Shown one piece after another: positions 40,467 through 50,304 of a stretch of DNA of 64,000 nucleotides. The stretch lies in IMG/VR virus record IMGVR_UViG_3300028414_000637. One strand, written 5' to 3'. The number at the start of each line of letters is the position of its first letter. Positions within the stretch are counted from its first letter, which is position 1. The notes under the pieces were generated by a model, which worked only from the letters and a program-made list of their open reading frames with translations, did not search any database and was not told the DNA's origin. This DNA is from an uncultured virus (IMG/VR IMGVR_UViG_3300028414_000637) (Duplodnaviria > Heunggongvirae > Uroviricota > Caudoviricetes). A program made the position numbers and the translations under genes.

Positions 40467-41468
40467 ATGGACCTTCAACAAGTAATATTCACACATATCC
40501 CTGGAAAGAACAGACAATCTAGTGGCGGCTGGACTAGTTTCAACTGCCCATGTTGTATCGAGGAAGGCGAATCTCGATTGGATAACAGAATGCGTGGGGG
40601 TATTCGTAGCGACGGTGATTCCATATCATACCACTGTTTTAACTGTGGATTCACTGCAAGCCATCGTCACGGTAGAATACTGAATAAGAAATTTCTAAAA
40701 CTCATGCGTAATATGAATGTTTCTGAAAGCGAGATTAAGCGTTTACAGTTAGAAGCAATCCGTCAGAAAGAATTGTCTGAAGGTCCATACCTATTCACTT
40801 CAAAGACACAAGTTACACGGGTGCCAAGTTTCCCTGACTGCATTCTGCCAGAAGGCTCAGAAGATTTAGAAGTTTTATTAGCAAAAGATAATCCTCCCGA
40901 AGGTGCCATCTATGCAGTTAAATATTTAATTGATAGAGGAGTATACGATGATATAGATAATTGTTATTGGTCTCCTGATAAATTATTTAAGAATAGAGTT
41001 ATATTTCCCTTTTATCAAGGAGATAGAATAGTTGGATATACTGGTCGTGACATAACAGGAAAGTCAACGTCTAAATACATGACAAAAGCACCTAAAAAGT
41101 TTTTGCATAATGTAGACAAGGTAAAATCTAATAATAAATACTTAATCGTATGTGAAGGTATAATTGATGCACTTGCATTAGATTGTATTGCGATTACAAG
41201 TAATGAGGCTTCACAAGACCAAATTGATTATATTAATCAGTTTAAAGGAGAAGTGATTGTTTGTCCTGATAGAGATAAAGCAGGAGAGAAATTAATCAAA
41301 CAAGCACAAGAAAATGGTTGGAGTGTATCTTTCCCTATGTGGGAAGATGATATAAAAGATGCCGCAGATGCAATTCAACGTTATGGAAAACTATATGCCC
41401 TACAAAGTATTATAGATGCACGTATAAGTAACAACACTAAGATAAGTGTGAAAATGAGAATAGGATAA
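40467..41468 (+). CDS. DNA primase (gp61-like)
   Basis: Zn ribbon (NCPCC...YHCFNCG), R..FP, G..GR, TOPRIM CEG.IDA, PDRD.AG, KD..DA. Confidence 0.9.
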   Translation: MDLQQVIFTHIPGKNRQSSGGWTSFNCPCCIEEGESRLDNRMRGGIRSDGDSISYHCFNCGFTASHRHGRILNKKFLKLMRNMNVSESEIKRLQLEAIRQKELSEGPYLFTSKTQVTRVPSFPDCILPEGSEDLEVLLAKDNPPEGAIYAVKYLIDRGVYDDIDNCYWSPDKLFKNRVIFPFYQGDRIVGYTGRDITGKSTSKYMTKAPKKFLHNVDKVKSNNKYLIVCEGIIDALALDCIAITSNEASQDQIDYINQFKGEVIVCPDRDKAGEKLIKQAQENGWSVSFPMWEDDIKDAADAIQRYGKLYALQSIIDARISNNTKISVKMRIG

Positions 41469-41476
41469 ACTAAACT

Positions 41477-42118
41477 ATGAAAAAATTAAAGAGTACAGTA
41501 ATACCAGAACCTAAAGAACAACCGGCACCACCCCCACCCCCTCCGATGCCGACACCTCCTGTCCCACCTAAACAGCCGGGAGAATTCTTAAGAGAAAATG
41601 GTGTACTATTTATGGATAAAGAATTTAATCAAGACAACTGTATGCCTCTTGTGAAAATGATTGTTGAATATAACTTGATGCCAAAAGATAAAGCACCAGA
41701 AGTTATTCACTTGTATATCAATTCACCAGGTGGTTATGTAGATAGTTGTATGCATCTAATCGATACAATTAAACAATCACGTATTCCAGTATATACATAT
41801 GGAATGGGTTCTATTGCAAGTTGTGGTGTTATGCTAATGATGAGTGGTGTTAAAGGACATCGTTATCTTACACAAAATACCGCAGTCATGTCACATGAAT
41901 TTTCAGGTGGCACAAAAGGACAATACCATGATATGGTTGAAAGTCGTAAACACATGGACTGGACTAATGAGAAACTAATGGAACATTACCTTAAGTGTAC
42001 AGGAAAAACTAAAACGTACATTCGTAAACATATGTTAGCACCCAAAACAGACCACTGGTTAACTCCGGAGGAGGCAGTTAAGCATGGTATTGCGGATGAA
42101 GTGATTGCTACTTACTAG
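41477..42118 (+). CDS. clpP: ClpP-family serine protease with poly-Pro N-terminus
   Basis: LYINSPGG, G..ASCG (Ser), MSHE (His), D.WL...EA...G..D. Confidence 0.88.
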   Translation: MKKLKSTVIPEPKEQPAPPPPPPMPTPPVPPKQPGEFLRENGVLFMDKEFNQDNCMPLVKMIVEYNLMPKDKAPEVIHLYINSPGGYVDSCMHLIDTIKQSRIPVYTYGMGSIASCGVMLMMSGVKGHRYLTQNTAVMSHEFSGGTKGQYHDMVESRKHMDWTNEKLMEHYLKCTGKTKTYIRKHMLAPKTDHWLTPEEAVKHGIADEVIATY

Positions 42119-42194
42119 CATATTTCTGTTGACTTTTTATTAGAAAAGTGCTATTCTACTATTATAATAATAACAATTTGTAAAGGTGGTACAC

Positions 42195-43142
42195 ATGAAA
42201 ATTATTGCAGGCAATAGTAATATTGAACTAGCAGAGAAGATAGCTGAACATTGTTTTACTGATATTGTTCCAGCCGAAATTAAAACATTTGCTGATGGTG
42301 AGTGTTCTGTAGAATTTCATGAAAATATTCGAGGCGAAGATGTGTTTATTGTACAAAGCACAAGCACACCAGTTAATGATAATTTAATGGAACTTATGAT
42401 TATGATTGATGCGGCTAAGCGTAGTAGTGCTAGGCGTATCACCGCAGTAATCCCTTATTTTGGTTATGCTAGACAAGATAGAAAGAGTGCTAGTCGCACT
42501 CCTATTACAGCTAAACTTGTTGCAAACTTGTTGACAGAAGCAGGTGCAGATAGAATACTTACAATGGATTTACACGCAGGCCAAATTCAAGGCTTCTTTG
42601 ATATTCCCGTAGATGATTTAACAAGTCGTATTGCATTTGCAAAAGATATTGAACGAAATGTTGACACTACTGAAGGATGTGTATTTGTTTCACCCGATGC
42701 TGGTGGTACTGTACGTGCTAGAAAATTTGCTGATATGTTTCACGGAGACATTGCGATTGTTGACAAGCGTAGACCTAAAGCAGGTGTAAGCGAAGTAATG
42801 AATATTATTGGTGAAGTTAACGGACAACATGCTATTTTAGTAGATGATATTGTTGACAGTGGCGGAACATTGTGCAATGCCGCACAGGCAATTATGGATG
42901 CTGGCGCCCTAAGTGTACGAGCATATATTACACACGGAGTTCTTACAGGAGAAGCATGTGAGAAAGTAGAAGCTAGTGTGTTAGAAGAATTAGTAGTAAC
43001 TGATAGCATTTCTAATCGTTGCCCTAAAACTTGCAAGAAGACACGACAAGCCAGTGTTTCAAAATTATTTGGTGAAGCAATTCGTAGAGTTAGTAATGAA
43101 GAAAGTGTAAGTAGTTTATTTAAATCGAGACTGAATTCGTGA
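42195..43142 (+). CDS. prs: Ribose-phosphate pyrophosphokinase
   Basis: [44 protein letters not shown]. Confidence 0.97.
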   Translation: MKIIAGNSNIELAEKIAEHCFTDIVPAEIKTFADGECSVEFHENIRGEDVFIVQSTSTPVNDNLMELMIMIDAAKRSSARRITAVIPYFGYARQDRKSASRTPITAKLVANLLTEAGADRILTMDLHAGQIQGFFDIPVDDLTSRIAFAKDIERNVDTTEGCVFVSPDAGGTVRARKFADMFHGDIAIVDKRRPKAGVSEVMNIIGEVNGQHAILVDDIVDSGGTLCNAAQAIMDAGALSVRAYITHGVLTGEACEKVEASVLEELVVTDSISNRCPKTCKKTRQASVSKLFGEAIRRVSNEESVSSLFKSRLNS

Positions 43143-43900
43143 TACCATTAGTGCCAAACGGATGCACCCATCGTGCAATAACATATCACGGTGGTGCATG
43201 TGGTGACTTTATTAGGCTTCTACTAACAGTAGGAGATCCTAATGTTGATTTGGTAAGAATTACAGATGATAACAAATTTTCAATTTATGTCAATACGAAG
43301 GATATATGGTTTGAGGACTTTTGTCATATTGATGATGTAGGAGCAATCAGACCAATTAAGATGTGCAATCATATTGCTGATTTTTCCAGAACATTTTGCA
43401 ATGAGATACATAAGCCGGGTAGTATAAAACAATATATCAATATGATTGATGTACATTCGTATAAATTAAATATGGTTCCATCTGACAGATGGTCTTTACA
43501 ATCATCTATTACGACATTCCATGATGGATTTTATATAATTGATAAGTTTGGTGGACTAAAGGAATATCAGGCACTATCTAAGTATTATAAAATTAATGAA
43601 ACTTTGTTTATTTGTATTAATACACAAAAGAGTTTGGATATTCTTAATAGTAATAAATTACGTAAAAATAAGTCAGATGTACCATTTAATTTAAGTAAAC
43701 ATGTGAATGAGTCTCATATTATATCTAAAGAAAAACGTAAGGAAGATAAGGTTCTTGAATTAGAATACATATATGATAAAGAAAAGTTAAGAAAATTTCT
43801 TACAGATAATTATGAATGGGAAGATAAGAATTTTGATAGGGTGTACGATTGTTACATGAAAGAGCAGAAAACAGTTGACATTAATACTGAGAGAGAGTAG
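43139..43900 (+). CDS. Hypothetical protein
   Basis: Y.GG.CGDF motif. Confidence 0.55.
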   Translation: MIPLVPNGCTHRAITYHGGACGDFIRLLLTVGDPNVDLVRITDDNKFSIYVNTKDIWFEDFCHIDDVGAIRPIKMCNHIADFSRTFCNEIHKPGSIKQYINMIDVHSYKLNMVPSDRWSLQSSITTFHDGFYIIDKFGGLKEYQALSKYYKINETLFICINTQKSLDILNSNKLRKNKSDVPFNLSKHVNESHIISKEKRKEDKVLELEYIYDKEKLRKFLTDNYEWEDKNFDRVYDCYMKEQKTVDINTERE

Positions 43901-43909
43901 AATATACAT

Positions 43910-45307
43910 ATGGCTGATGTAAAAGATTATAGCGTAGATTTACAAAAACTATTTGTTCAATTTATGATAAGCGATCCTGAACTTTATTCACGGGTACGTG
44001 CTATTGTTGAACCTAAATTTTTTGATAGAAATCTAAGAAAAGTTGTTGAAACTTTAGTTGAGCATAGCGAAGAATACTCGACTGTACCAACTCCTGCTAT
44101 AATTAAAGCACAGACAGGGCAAGAAATTGAATTAATAGATAATATTGAACAACACACAGATTGGTTTATTGATGAGTTTGAAACATTTAGTAGACATAAA
44201 GCGATTGAACGTGCAATTATTGATAGTGCAGATTTACTTGAACAAGGTCAATATGGTGAAGTAGAACTTAGAATTAAAGAAGCAGTACAGACTGGTCTTG
44301 CCCGTTCATTGGGTACAGATTATTATGCAGATCCTAGAAGCGTACTTGAAGGTCTCAAAGATAACAATGGGCAAATGACTACTGGTTGGAAGGTGCTTGA
44401 TGACAAATTATATGGTGGCATCAACCGAGGCGAGATAACTATTTTTGCAGGTGGTTCAGGTGCAGGTAAATCTTTGTTCATGCAGAACATGAGTTTGAAT
44501 TGGGCAGAAGCAGGATTGAACTGTGTTTACATAACACTGGAACTTTCGGAAGCATTGTCAAGTATGCGTATGTATGCGATGCAAACAGATAGAAGTACAA
44601 AACGTATCTTTAAAGAATTAGATGATGTAGAACTTCAAGTTAAAACTAAAAGTAAGAAGTCAGGCATGTTAAGAGTTAAGTATATGCCTTCTGGTTCTAC
44701 AATTAATGATGTAAGGTCATACATCAAAGAACTGCAAATACAGACAGGCAAATCTATAGATTGTATGTGTATTGACTACTTAGATTTGTTAATGCCTGCA
44801 ACAAAGAAAGTATCAGCAAGTGATTTGTTTATCAAAGACAAATATGTTACAGAAGAAATTCGTAACTTTGCTATGGAAACTCAAACAGTTATGGTTACTG
44901 CATCACAGTTAAATAGAAGTGCGGTAGAAGAAATCGAATTTGACCATTCTCATATTGCAGGTGGTATATCTAAAATTCAAACAGCGGATAACGTTATTGG
45001 TATTTTTACAAGTCACACAATGCGTGAGCGTGGACAATATCAGTTGCAGTTATTAAAAACTCGTTCATCTAGTGGTGTAGGAAGTAAAGTTAATCTAGTT
45101 TTTGATAGAGATAGCTTAAGAATTTCAGATGATACATCAGAAGATGATGGACAAACATCATCAAGTGCTACAGACTTGATGGAAAATTTACGTAAGAAAA
45201 CTACAGTAAATACACAAGAAACGCAAACAGAAGAAAAAACGGATGTTGCAATGAATCTGAGAGCAATGTTAAAGACCAAGACACGTTCTCCTTTTGATGA
45301 AAACTGA
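43910..45307 (+). CDS. Replicative DnaB-like helicase (gp41-like)
   Basis: TGW..LD..L.GG, GGSGAGKS, TLELSE, IDYLDL, TASQLNR, TAD, KTR. Confidence 0.93.
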   Translation: MADVKDYSVDLQKLFVQFMISDPELYSRVRAIVEPKFFDRNLRKVVETLVEHSEEYSTVPTPAIIKAQTGQEIELIDNIEQHTDWFIDEFETFSRHKAIERAIIDSADLLEQGQYGEVELRIKEAVQTGLARSLGTDYYADPRSVLEGLKDNNGQMTTGWKVLDDKLYGGINRGEITIFAGGSGAGKSLFMQNMSLNWAEAGLNCVYITLELSEALSSMRMYAMQTDRSTKRIFKELDDVELQVKTKSKKSGMLRVKYMPSGSTINDVRSYIKELQIQTGKSIDCMCIDYLDLLMPATKKVSASDLFIKDKYVTEEIRNFAMETQTVMVTASQLNRSAVEEIEFDHSHIAGGISKIQTADNVIGIFTSHTMRERGQYQLQLLKTRSSSGVGSKVNLVFDRDSLRISDDTSEDDGQTSSSATDLMENLRKKTTVNTQETQTEEKTDVAMNLRAMLKTKTRSPFDEN

Positions 45308-45334
45308 TAAATACAGTTAGAACGGAGAAATATC

Positions 45335-45583
45335 ATGGATAAACCTCGTAGAAGCCTATTTGATGAATTAAATTCTTTAGCTTTTGATAAAGAAAAAGAA
45401 CGTTTGGTTGAGCAAAAAGGCGAACATATCATATCTGGTGCTATAAATCTTATTGAATTTATTAGCAGAGAGTTTGATGAGGATACTGCAAATGACTTGA
45501 CCAAGCGTCTAGTTAATAGTATTAGGTCACAAGACCCTAGGAAGTTTAAACGTGGAATAAAAAGTGTCAAGGCTAAAACATAG
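45335..45583 (+). CDS. Hypothetical late protein
   Basis: GATAAATA at 45306; GGAG SD. Confidence 0.6.
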   Translation: MDKPRRSLFDELNSLAFDKEKERLVEQKGEHIISGAINLIEFISREFDEDTANDLTKRLVNSIRSQDPRKFKRGIKSVKAKT

Positions 45584-45802
45584 ATGGATTTTGAAGAACA
45601 GTTAAATCAATTAAGAAAACTTGCAGGTATATACAAACCATACCAACAGCAAGCCACCCAAGAAAACATATCTTATTCGGGTACTGAAAAATCTCAATAT
45701 ATGAAAAAGCATGATGTTAAGCCAGGAACAGATGAATGGTTTAAATTATGGTTTGCTAGACCACATCTAACAGGCGAAAGCCCGTATGGGGATAAGAAAT
45801 GA
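45584..45802 (+). CDS. Small protein with LRKLAG motif
   Basis: LNQLRKLAGI; PGT.EWF.LWF. Confidence 0.6.
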   Translation: MDFEEQLNQLRKLAGIYKPYQQQATQENISYSGTEKSQYMKKHDVKPGTDEWFKLWFARPHLTGESPYGDKK

Positions 45803-47148
45803 AAATAAGAGAGATTACATTAAGCAAAGGCAGAGAACGTAGGTTTAGAGGACCACGCAAACCTCGTCTTAAGCAAGTAGGCTTTCATAATAAAATGAAA
45901 GGTCTGCTAGATTCTGAATTACAGGAAGATAAGAATACGCACTTAGACCACGCAGAAGAACTTGTGTTTATGCATGGTACGTCTGGATTAAAAAGAGTCG
46001 TAGACACTTTCACTAAATTATTAAGTACACTTGATGGACAAGGTGGCGGAGACGCTATCACTACGAAATGGGATGGTTCTCCGGCAGTATTTTGCGGAAC
46101 AGATCCATCAGATGGACAATTCTTTGTAGGCACAAAAGGCGTATTTGCAAAAACACCAAAATTAAATAAATCACAAGCTGACATTGAAAACAATCACCAA
46201 GATACTACTAAGAACGGTGAAGAAGTAAGTAAAGCAGGTTTGAGAAATAAGCTATCGGCATCATTAGAGTACCTAAAAGACTTAGGTATTGAGGGTGTTA
46301 TACAAGGTGACTTATTGTTTACTAAAGGTGATTTGAAAACTGTTAATATAGATGGCAAATCTCATATTGCATTTAAACCAAATACAATCACATACGTTGT
46401 ACCAGCAGATAGCAAAACAGCAAAAGAAATGCAGTCGGCTGAAATAGGAATTGTGTTTCATACAAGTTATGCAGGCGATAGTCTAGCAGACATGAAAGCA
46501 TCATTTGGTTATGATTCAAGTAAACTTAAGTCTTCATCTAAAGTTTGGTTTACTGATGCACGTATTAAAGATGTATCAGGACAGGTACAACTAAAGCAAG
46601 AAAATGTTGCAAAGATTAAACAAGCAATTAAAGAATTATCTTCAATGAAAATTGATGCAGATACTTTCAAAGCAATTAATCAAAAGATAGGGTCTATTGA
46701 CTTAGTACAAGCTATTAAGGCACACGCAAACTTACCAATACGTTCTGGACAAGCATTAGAATCAGATGTAACTAAATTTGTTAAAGAGTTTTTACAGGGT
46801 TTAAATAATAAATTAGATAAAGAAATTAGCGGTTTAGCTACAGGACCTGAAGGCAAAGCAGGACAGGCTAGATTACAAACAAAAGATGCGTTAGCTAATA
46901 TCATAAATACATACGAGACACAAATTGCAGAAATGTATCGTGCATATCTTAAAGTTGAAGCAGTAAAAATGATGTTTCAGCAAAAGATGAAGAACATTAA
47001 AGCAATAGACAGTTTCATTGAACAACCAGACGGTTCATTTAAAGTCACAGATCCAGAAGGATTTGTTATTGTTGACCATGTTGGTAGAGCAATGAAGATT
47101 GTAGATAGATTAGAGTTTAGTGCGGCAAATTTCGCACCAAGGGATTAG
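45799..47148 (+). CDS. Putative ATP-dependent ligase-like nucleotidyltransferase (DUF6267-like)
   Basis: TKWDGS (KxDG), QGDLLF, PEGFVI, MKIV motifs in ligase order. Confidence 0.6.
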   Translation: MKIREITLSKGRERRFRGPRKPRLKQVGFHNKMKGLLDSELQEDKNTHLDHAEELVFMHGTSGLKRVVDTFTKLLSTLDGQGGGDAITTKWDGSPAVFCGTDPSDGQFFVGTKGVFAKTPKLNKSQADIENNHQDTTKNGEEVSKAGLRNKLSASLEYLKDLGIEGVIQGDLLFTKGDLKTVNIDGKSHIAFKPNTITYVVPADSKTAKEMQSAEIGIVFHTSYAGDSLADMKASFGYDSSKLKSSSKVWFTDARIKDVSGQVQLKQENVAKIKQAIKELSSMKIDADTFKAINQKIGSIDLVQAIKAHANLPIRSGQALESDVTKFVKEFLQGLNNKLDKEISGLATGPEGKAGQARLQTKDALANIINTYETQIAEMYRAYLKVEAVKMMFQQKMKNIKAIDSFIEQPDGSFKVTDPEGFVIVDHVGRAMKIVDRLEFSAANFAPRD

Positions 47149-47152
47149 TTAG

Positions 47153-47353
47153 ATGTTAAGTAAGAAATGTAAATTACACTTAGAAGAAGTAGGCGAAACA
47201 CGCTGGGAACATTTTAAACATGCAATGTGGGTTTCGTGGCAACTAGAAAAGGCCGCATATGCGTGTATGATACATGCGTTTGCTCCAAGATGGTTTACAA
47301 CTTATGCTAGTGATAAATGCAGTCAAGTATTGCAATCGAGGAATACAAAATGA
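47153..47353 (+). CDS. Small protein (DUF6356-like)
   Basis: HL.EVGET..EH...A, IHA..P..F...AS. Confidence 0.6.
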   Translation: MLSKKCKLHLEEVGETRWEHFKHAMWVSWQLEKAAYACMIHAFAPRWFTTYASDKCSQVLQSRNTK

Positions 47354-48126
47354 TGGAACAATATAAAGGCAAATTACAATTAGTTAATACGTTCACAGAA
47401 AGTAGACTGTTTAGAACAAAACAAAATCAGAATAAAACAAATGTAGATGATGCGGCAGAGTTAACATTTGCATATATGATGATTTTAAATATGTTTAATA
47501 AAGACTATGAGTTTGCACCATTGGCATCAGAATATGCTGGGAGAACAATCGCATACCGTAATTTCGATTACTTTAGAACAAGCGGTACTGACTTGTATAT
47601 CATGCTTAATCGTATAATAGGTAAAGAAGTTAGTGCAGATGATGAACGTGATGAAATAGCACTAAAGCGTATTAATTTAAAAAGACAAGAAGTTATAAGA
47701 TATCTAGGTCATATATCAGCAAGTAAATCAGAACCTGGATTTGAACAAAGAATGCTGTTAAGATTTCAGCGTGATTTGAATATACAAGATGGAATGCTTA
47801 AATCTATGAGAAGACTTGTAGGTGATTGGGATAATCTAAATCAAAATCAGAAAGCATTAGTAACAACCAGAATGATGCAATATCTACGTAGAAAAGCAAT
47901 GCGTAGTGAGTTATTTCCAGCATTACAGAAGTTCCAGAAGCGTGGAAATTATGTTGTAAATGACGAAAAAGACACCAAAAAGAAGATTTGGGACAGTCCA
48001 ATTACTAAGGCCGCGGCGGCTGTAGGCGTAATATACGGTGCAGGCAAGCTAGGAAAAGCAATGGGCAAGACATCTTATCAAACTGGAAGAAATATTGGTG
48101 GGAAATACGGATCCAGAGGTAAATAA
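47350..48126 (+). CDS. Hypothetical, probable head-internal protein
   Basis: FTE|SRLFR near N-terminus; cationic Gly-rich C-terminus. Confidence 0.55.
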   Translation: MMEQYKGKLQLVNTFTESRLFRTKQNQNKTNVDDAAELTFAYMMILNMFNKDYEFAPLASEYAGRTIAYRNFDYFRTSGTDLYIMLNRIIGKEVSADDERDEIALKRINLKRQEVIRYLGHISASKSEPGFEQRMLLRFQRDLNIQDGMLKSMRRLVGDWDNLNQNQKALVTTRMMQYLRRKAMRSELFPALQKFQKRGNYVVNDEKDTKKKIWDSPITKAAAAVGVIYGAGKLGKAMGKTSYQTGRNIGGKYGSRGK

Positions 48127-48216
48127 AACCCACTTTTTTGCAAAAAAAGATAAATAAAAGCATAGGGCACTACAATTTTATAATGCCCGAGGAAATAGTT
48201 ATTTAGGAGAACTAAA

Positions 48217-48480
48217 ATGGCAAAAGTACATGAAACATATTCAGCAGGTCAATTCCTTACTGGTAACTTAAATCACTTCACAGTGACTAAGACTGGTATG
48301 GCGGCAGGCGACATGAAAGCAATTATCGAAGGCACAGGAACACGTGCTACAGTAGTACTAGTTGGTGCTATCGATGGTAACGATGTAAGAATCGCAGTAG
48401 AAAACAACGGCGCATGGGATGCCGCTGGTTTAGACGCGGCTCTAGGTGCTGATTTCTCAGTAGCCGACTTCGATTACTAA
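48217..48480 (+). CDS. Small, probably abundant virion protein
   Basis: Own late promoter, AGGAG SD, strongly biased codons, terminator; paralog of 48631. Confidence 0.65.
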   Translation: MAKVHETYSAGQFLTGNLNHFTVTKTGMAAGDMKAIIEGTGTRATVVLVGAIDGNDVRIAVENNGAWDAAGLDAALGADFSVADFDY

Positions 48481-48532
48481 GTTATTACCCCCCTGGACTT
48501 TAAGTCCAACCCACACTTTACGTGTAATTAAA

Positions 48533-48560
48533 AGGCCCTCTTTAAGAGGGTCTTTTTTTT
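48533..48560 (+). terminator. Rho-independent terminator
   Basis: GGCCCTCT/AGAGGGTC stem followed by a T-run. Confidence 0.8.
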
Positions 48561-48630
48561 GCCTTTGATTTACCTTATAAAATGATAAATACATATAACA
48601 AGAATATAAATTTATATTTGGAGAAAAAAT

Positions 48631-49023
48631 ATGGCAAGAATACATGGAGCCGCAAGTGCTGGTGAAAACTTATCAGGCAATATCAACTTTTACACATTGT
48701 ATGTAAAAGGATTAGACATTACATCAACCGGTGATGTTTCGGACCAGTCACAGCAAAATTTTGATGACATAGTTAACTTAGTTTCATTAGTTGCACAACC
48801 TATCATTATGAATAACCCTTTATCAGTGTCACTAGATGGACTAGCTCCATCGTTAACGGGCGCTGGTATGCTATTTAAGTTTGCAGTAGAGCATGGTAAA
48901 GTATTTGAAAGAAATGGCGATACCACTTCTATATTAAAAGAACTTACTGAGGGCATTACCATTGACGGTGTTTCTTTGCAAGAAGGCGTTAATATAGAAT
49001 ATGTAATGTCAGACATTCTATAA
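48631..49023 (+). CDS. Small virion protein, paralog of 48217
   Basis: MARIHGAASAGENLSGNINFYT vs MAKVHETYSAGQFLTGNLNHFT. Confidence 0.65.
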   Translation: MARIHGAASAGENLSGNINFYTLYVKGLDITSTGDVSDQSQQNFDDIVNLVSLVAQPIIMNNPLSVSLDGLAPSLTGAGMLFKFAVEHGKVFERNGDTTSILKELTEGITIDGVSLQEGVNIEYVMSDIL

Positions 49024-49688
49024 TGGAATGGGCATCATTAATTGACGACAGAGTACAAACAACAACTTGGGATATGGATCAGGTTGTTGATAAAAGCGTT
49101 GTCGAAGAAATAATGGACGAAGTTCATAGGCGTTCAGCTTCAAAACAAAATGTAGTAAGATACGAAATCAATATATTTGATTGGTCAGATACAGAATTTA
49201 GAAATCATTTCAATAATTTTTGTCAACGTGACCCAAGAACACCAAATGCACAATATAACACACAAGTATTAGCACCGTACCTTTTAGTATTTACTAGAAG
49301 AAAAGATGCACCTTGGAATAGAGAAGGTGATCCTTCTCATACTATTGATTTACAGACACAAGTGTACAATAGACATATGATAACTGCAATGGAAATAGGA
49401 ATTGCATCTACTAATATTATGCTTTCAGCGAAAACTAAAGGATTGGACAGTGGATTTTGTAATTGTATGGATTGGGAATACGAGCATTTGGATAAGATTA
49501 AAGAAAAATTAAACATAGACGATATGAAAGACCTCTATGTTGCTGTTGGACTAGGAGTTGGTTCTACTAGTACTAGAAAAACATATAATCCTCATACAAA
49601 AGAAATGAATATGTCATATACTGATGTTGGAAATATGTGGAAAAATGAACCTAAACCAGAAAAGCAAAAATACATTAAATTCGCATAA
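49023..49688 (+). CDS. Nitroreductase-family protein
   Basis: R..T..W, SKQN, AP.LLVF, EIGIA...MLSA...GLDSGFC. Confidence 0.8.
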   Translation: MEWASLIDDRVQTTTWDMDQVVDKSVVEEIMDEVHRRSASKQNVVRYEINIFDWSDTEFRNHFNNFCQRDPRTPNAQYNTQVLAPYLLVFTRRKDAPWNREGDPSHTIDLQTQVYNRHMITAMEIGIASTNIMLSAKTKGLDSGFCNCMDWEYEHLDKIKEKLNIDDMKDLYVAVGLGVGSTSTRKTYNPHTKEMNMSYTDVGNMWKNEPKPEKQKYIKFA

Positions 49689-49757
49689 AAAATTTCTGAA
49701 TTAAAATGATAAATACAATCAACGGGATAACACTTTCCCTAGATTTGGAGTTTTATT

Positions 49758-50015
49758 ATGGCAGGAATTGATAGCAAGTTGGCGCAGTTAGAAGCAGAAA
49801 GTTTAGAAACTCATGTAGCTGTTGCCCATGAAAGATTCAAAAACCTTGACACAAGTATTGTTAGATTAGAAGGTCTTATTGAGAAAAATGCCTCTGAAAC
49901 TAAAGAAGGTATTTCTGAACTTAAAAAGATTATTATCTGGGCAAGTTCTACATTATTTGCTACAATGTTGTTAGCGTTATTAACATCTGTATTTGGCAGT
50001 GCGGTAGGTATATAA
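49758..50015 (+). CDS. Coiled-coil protein with C-terminal TM helix (possible lysis-related membrane protein)
   Basis: LE.HV....ER coiled coil plus hydrophobic C-terminus; late promoter. Confidence 0.5.
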   Translation: MAGIDSKLAQLEAESLETHVAVAHERFKNLDTSIVRLEGLIEKNASETKEGISELKKIIIWASSTLFATMLLALLTSVFGSAVGI

Positions 50016-50293
50016 TGCAAGTATTTGAAGTTCTCCAACCAGTAGAAGAAGCCAAACTAGTTTATGCTAGAAAAGGCAGACAAATTGTACGTAAGTACAG
50101 ATGTTCATCTGGTAGATTAAAAGGTAAAACTGTATCAACTCCGACGGCTTGTTTTAAGCCAGTTGATATTAAAAAGAGATTTACTCTTGCTAGGACAAAA
50201 GCAAAACTAGGATCAAGGTTGAAACGAAAAGCGGCTATGACAAGAAGAATGAATCCTGCAAGTAGACGTTTAAAAACGTTGAATAAAAGGTAA
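50015..50293 (+). CDS. Basic putative prohead-core protein
   Basis: Acidic leader MQVFEVLQPVEE followed by a very Arg/Lys-rich body. Confidence 0.5.
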   Translation: MQVFEVLQPVEEAKLVYARKGRQIVRKYRCSSGRLKGKTVSTPTACFKPVDIKKRFTLARTKAKLGSRLKRKAAMTRRMNPASRRLKTLNKR

Positions 50294-50304
50294 GAGGTAC
50301 TATT

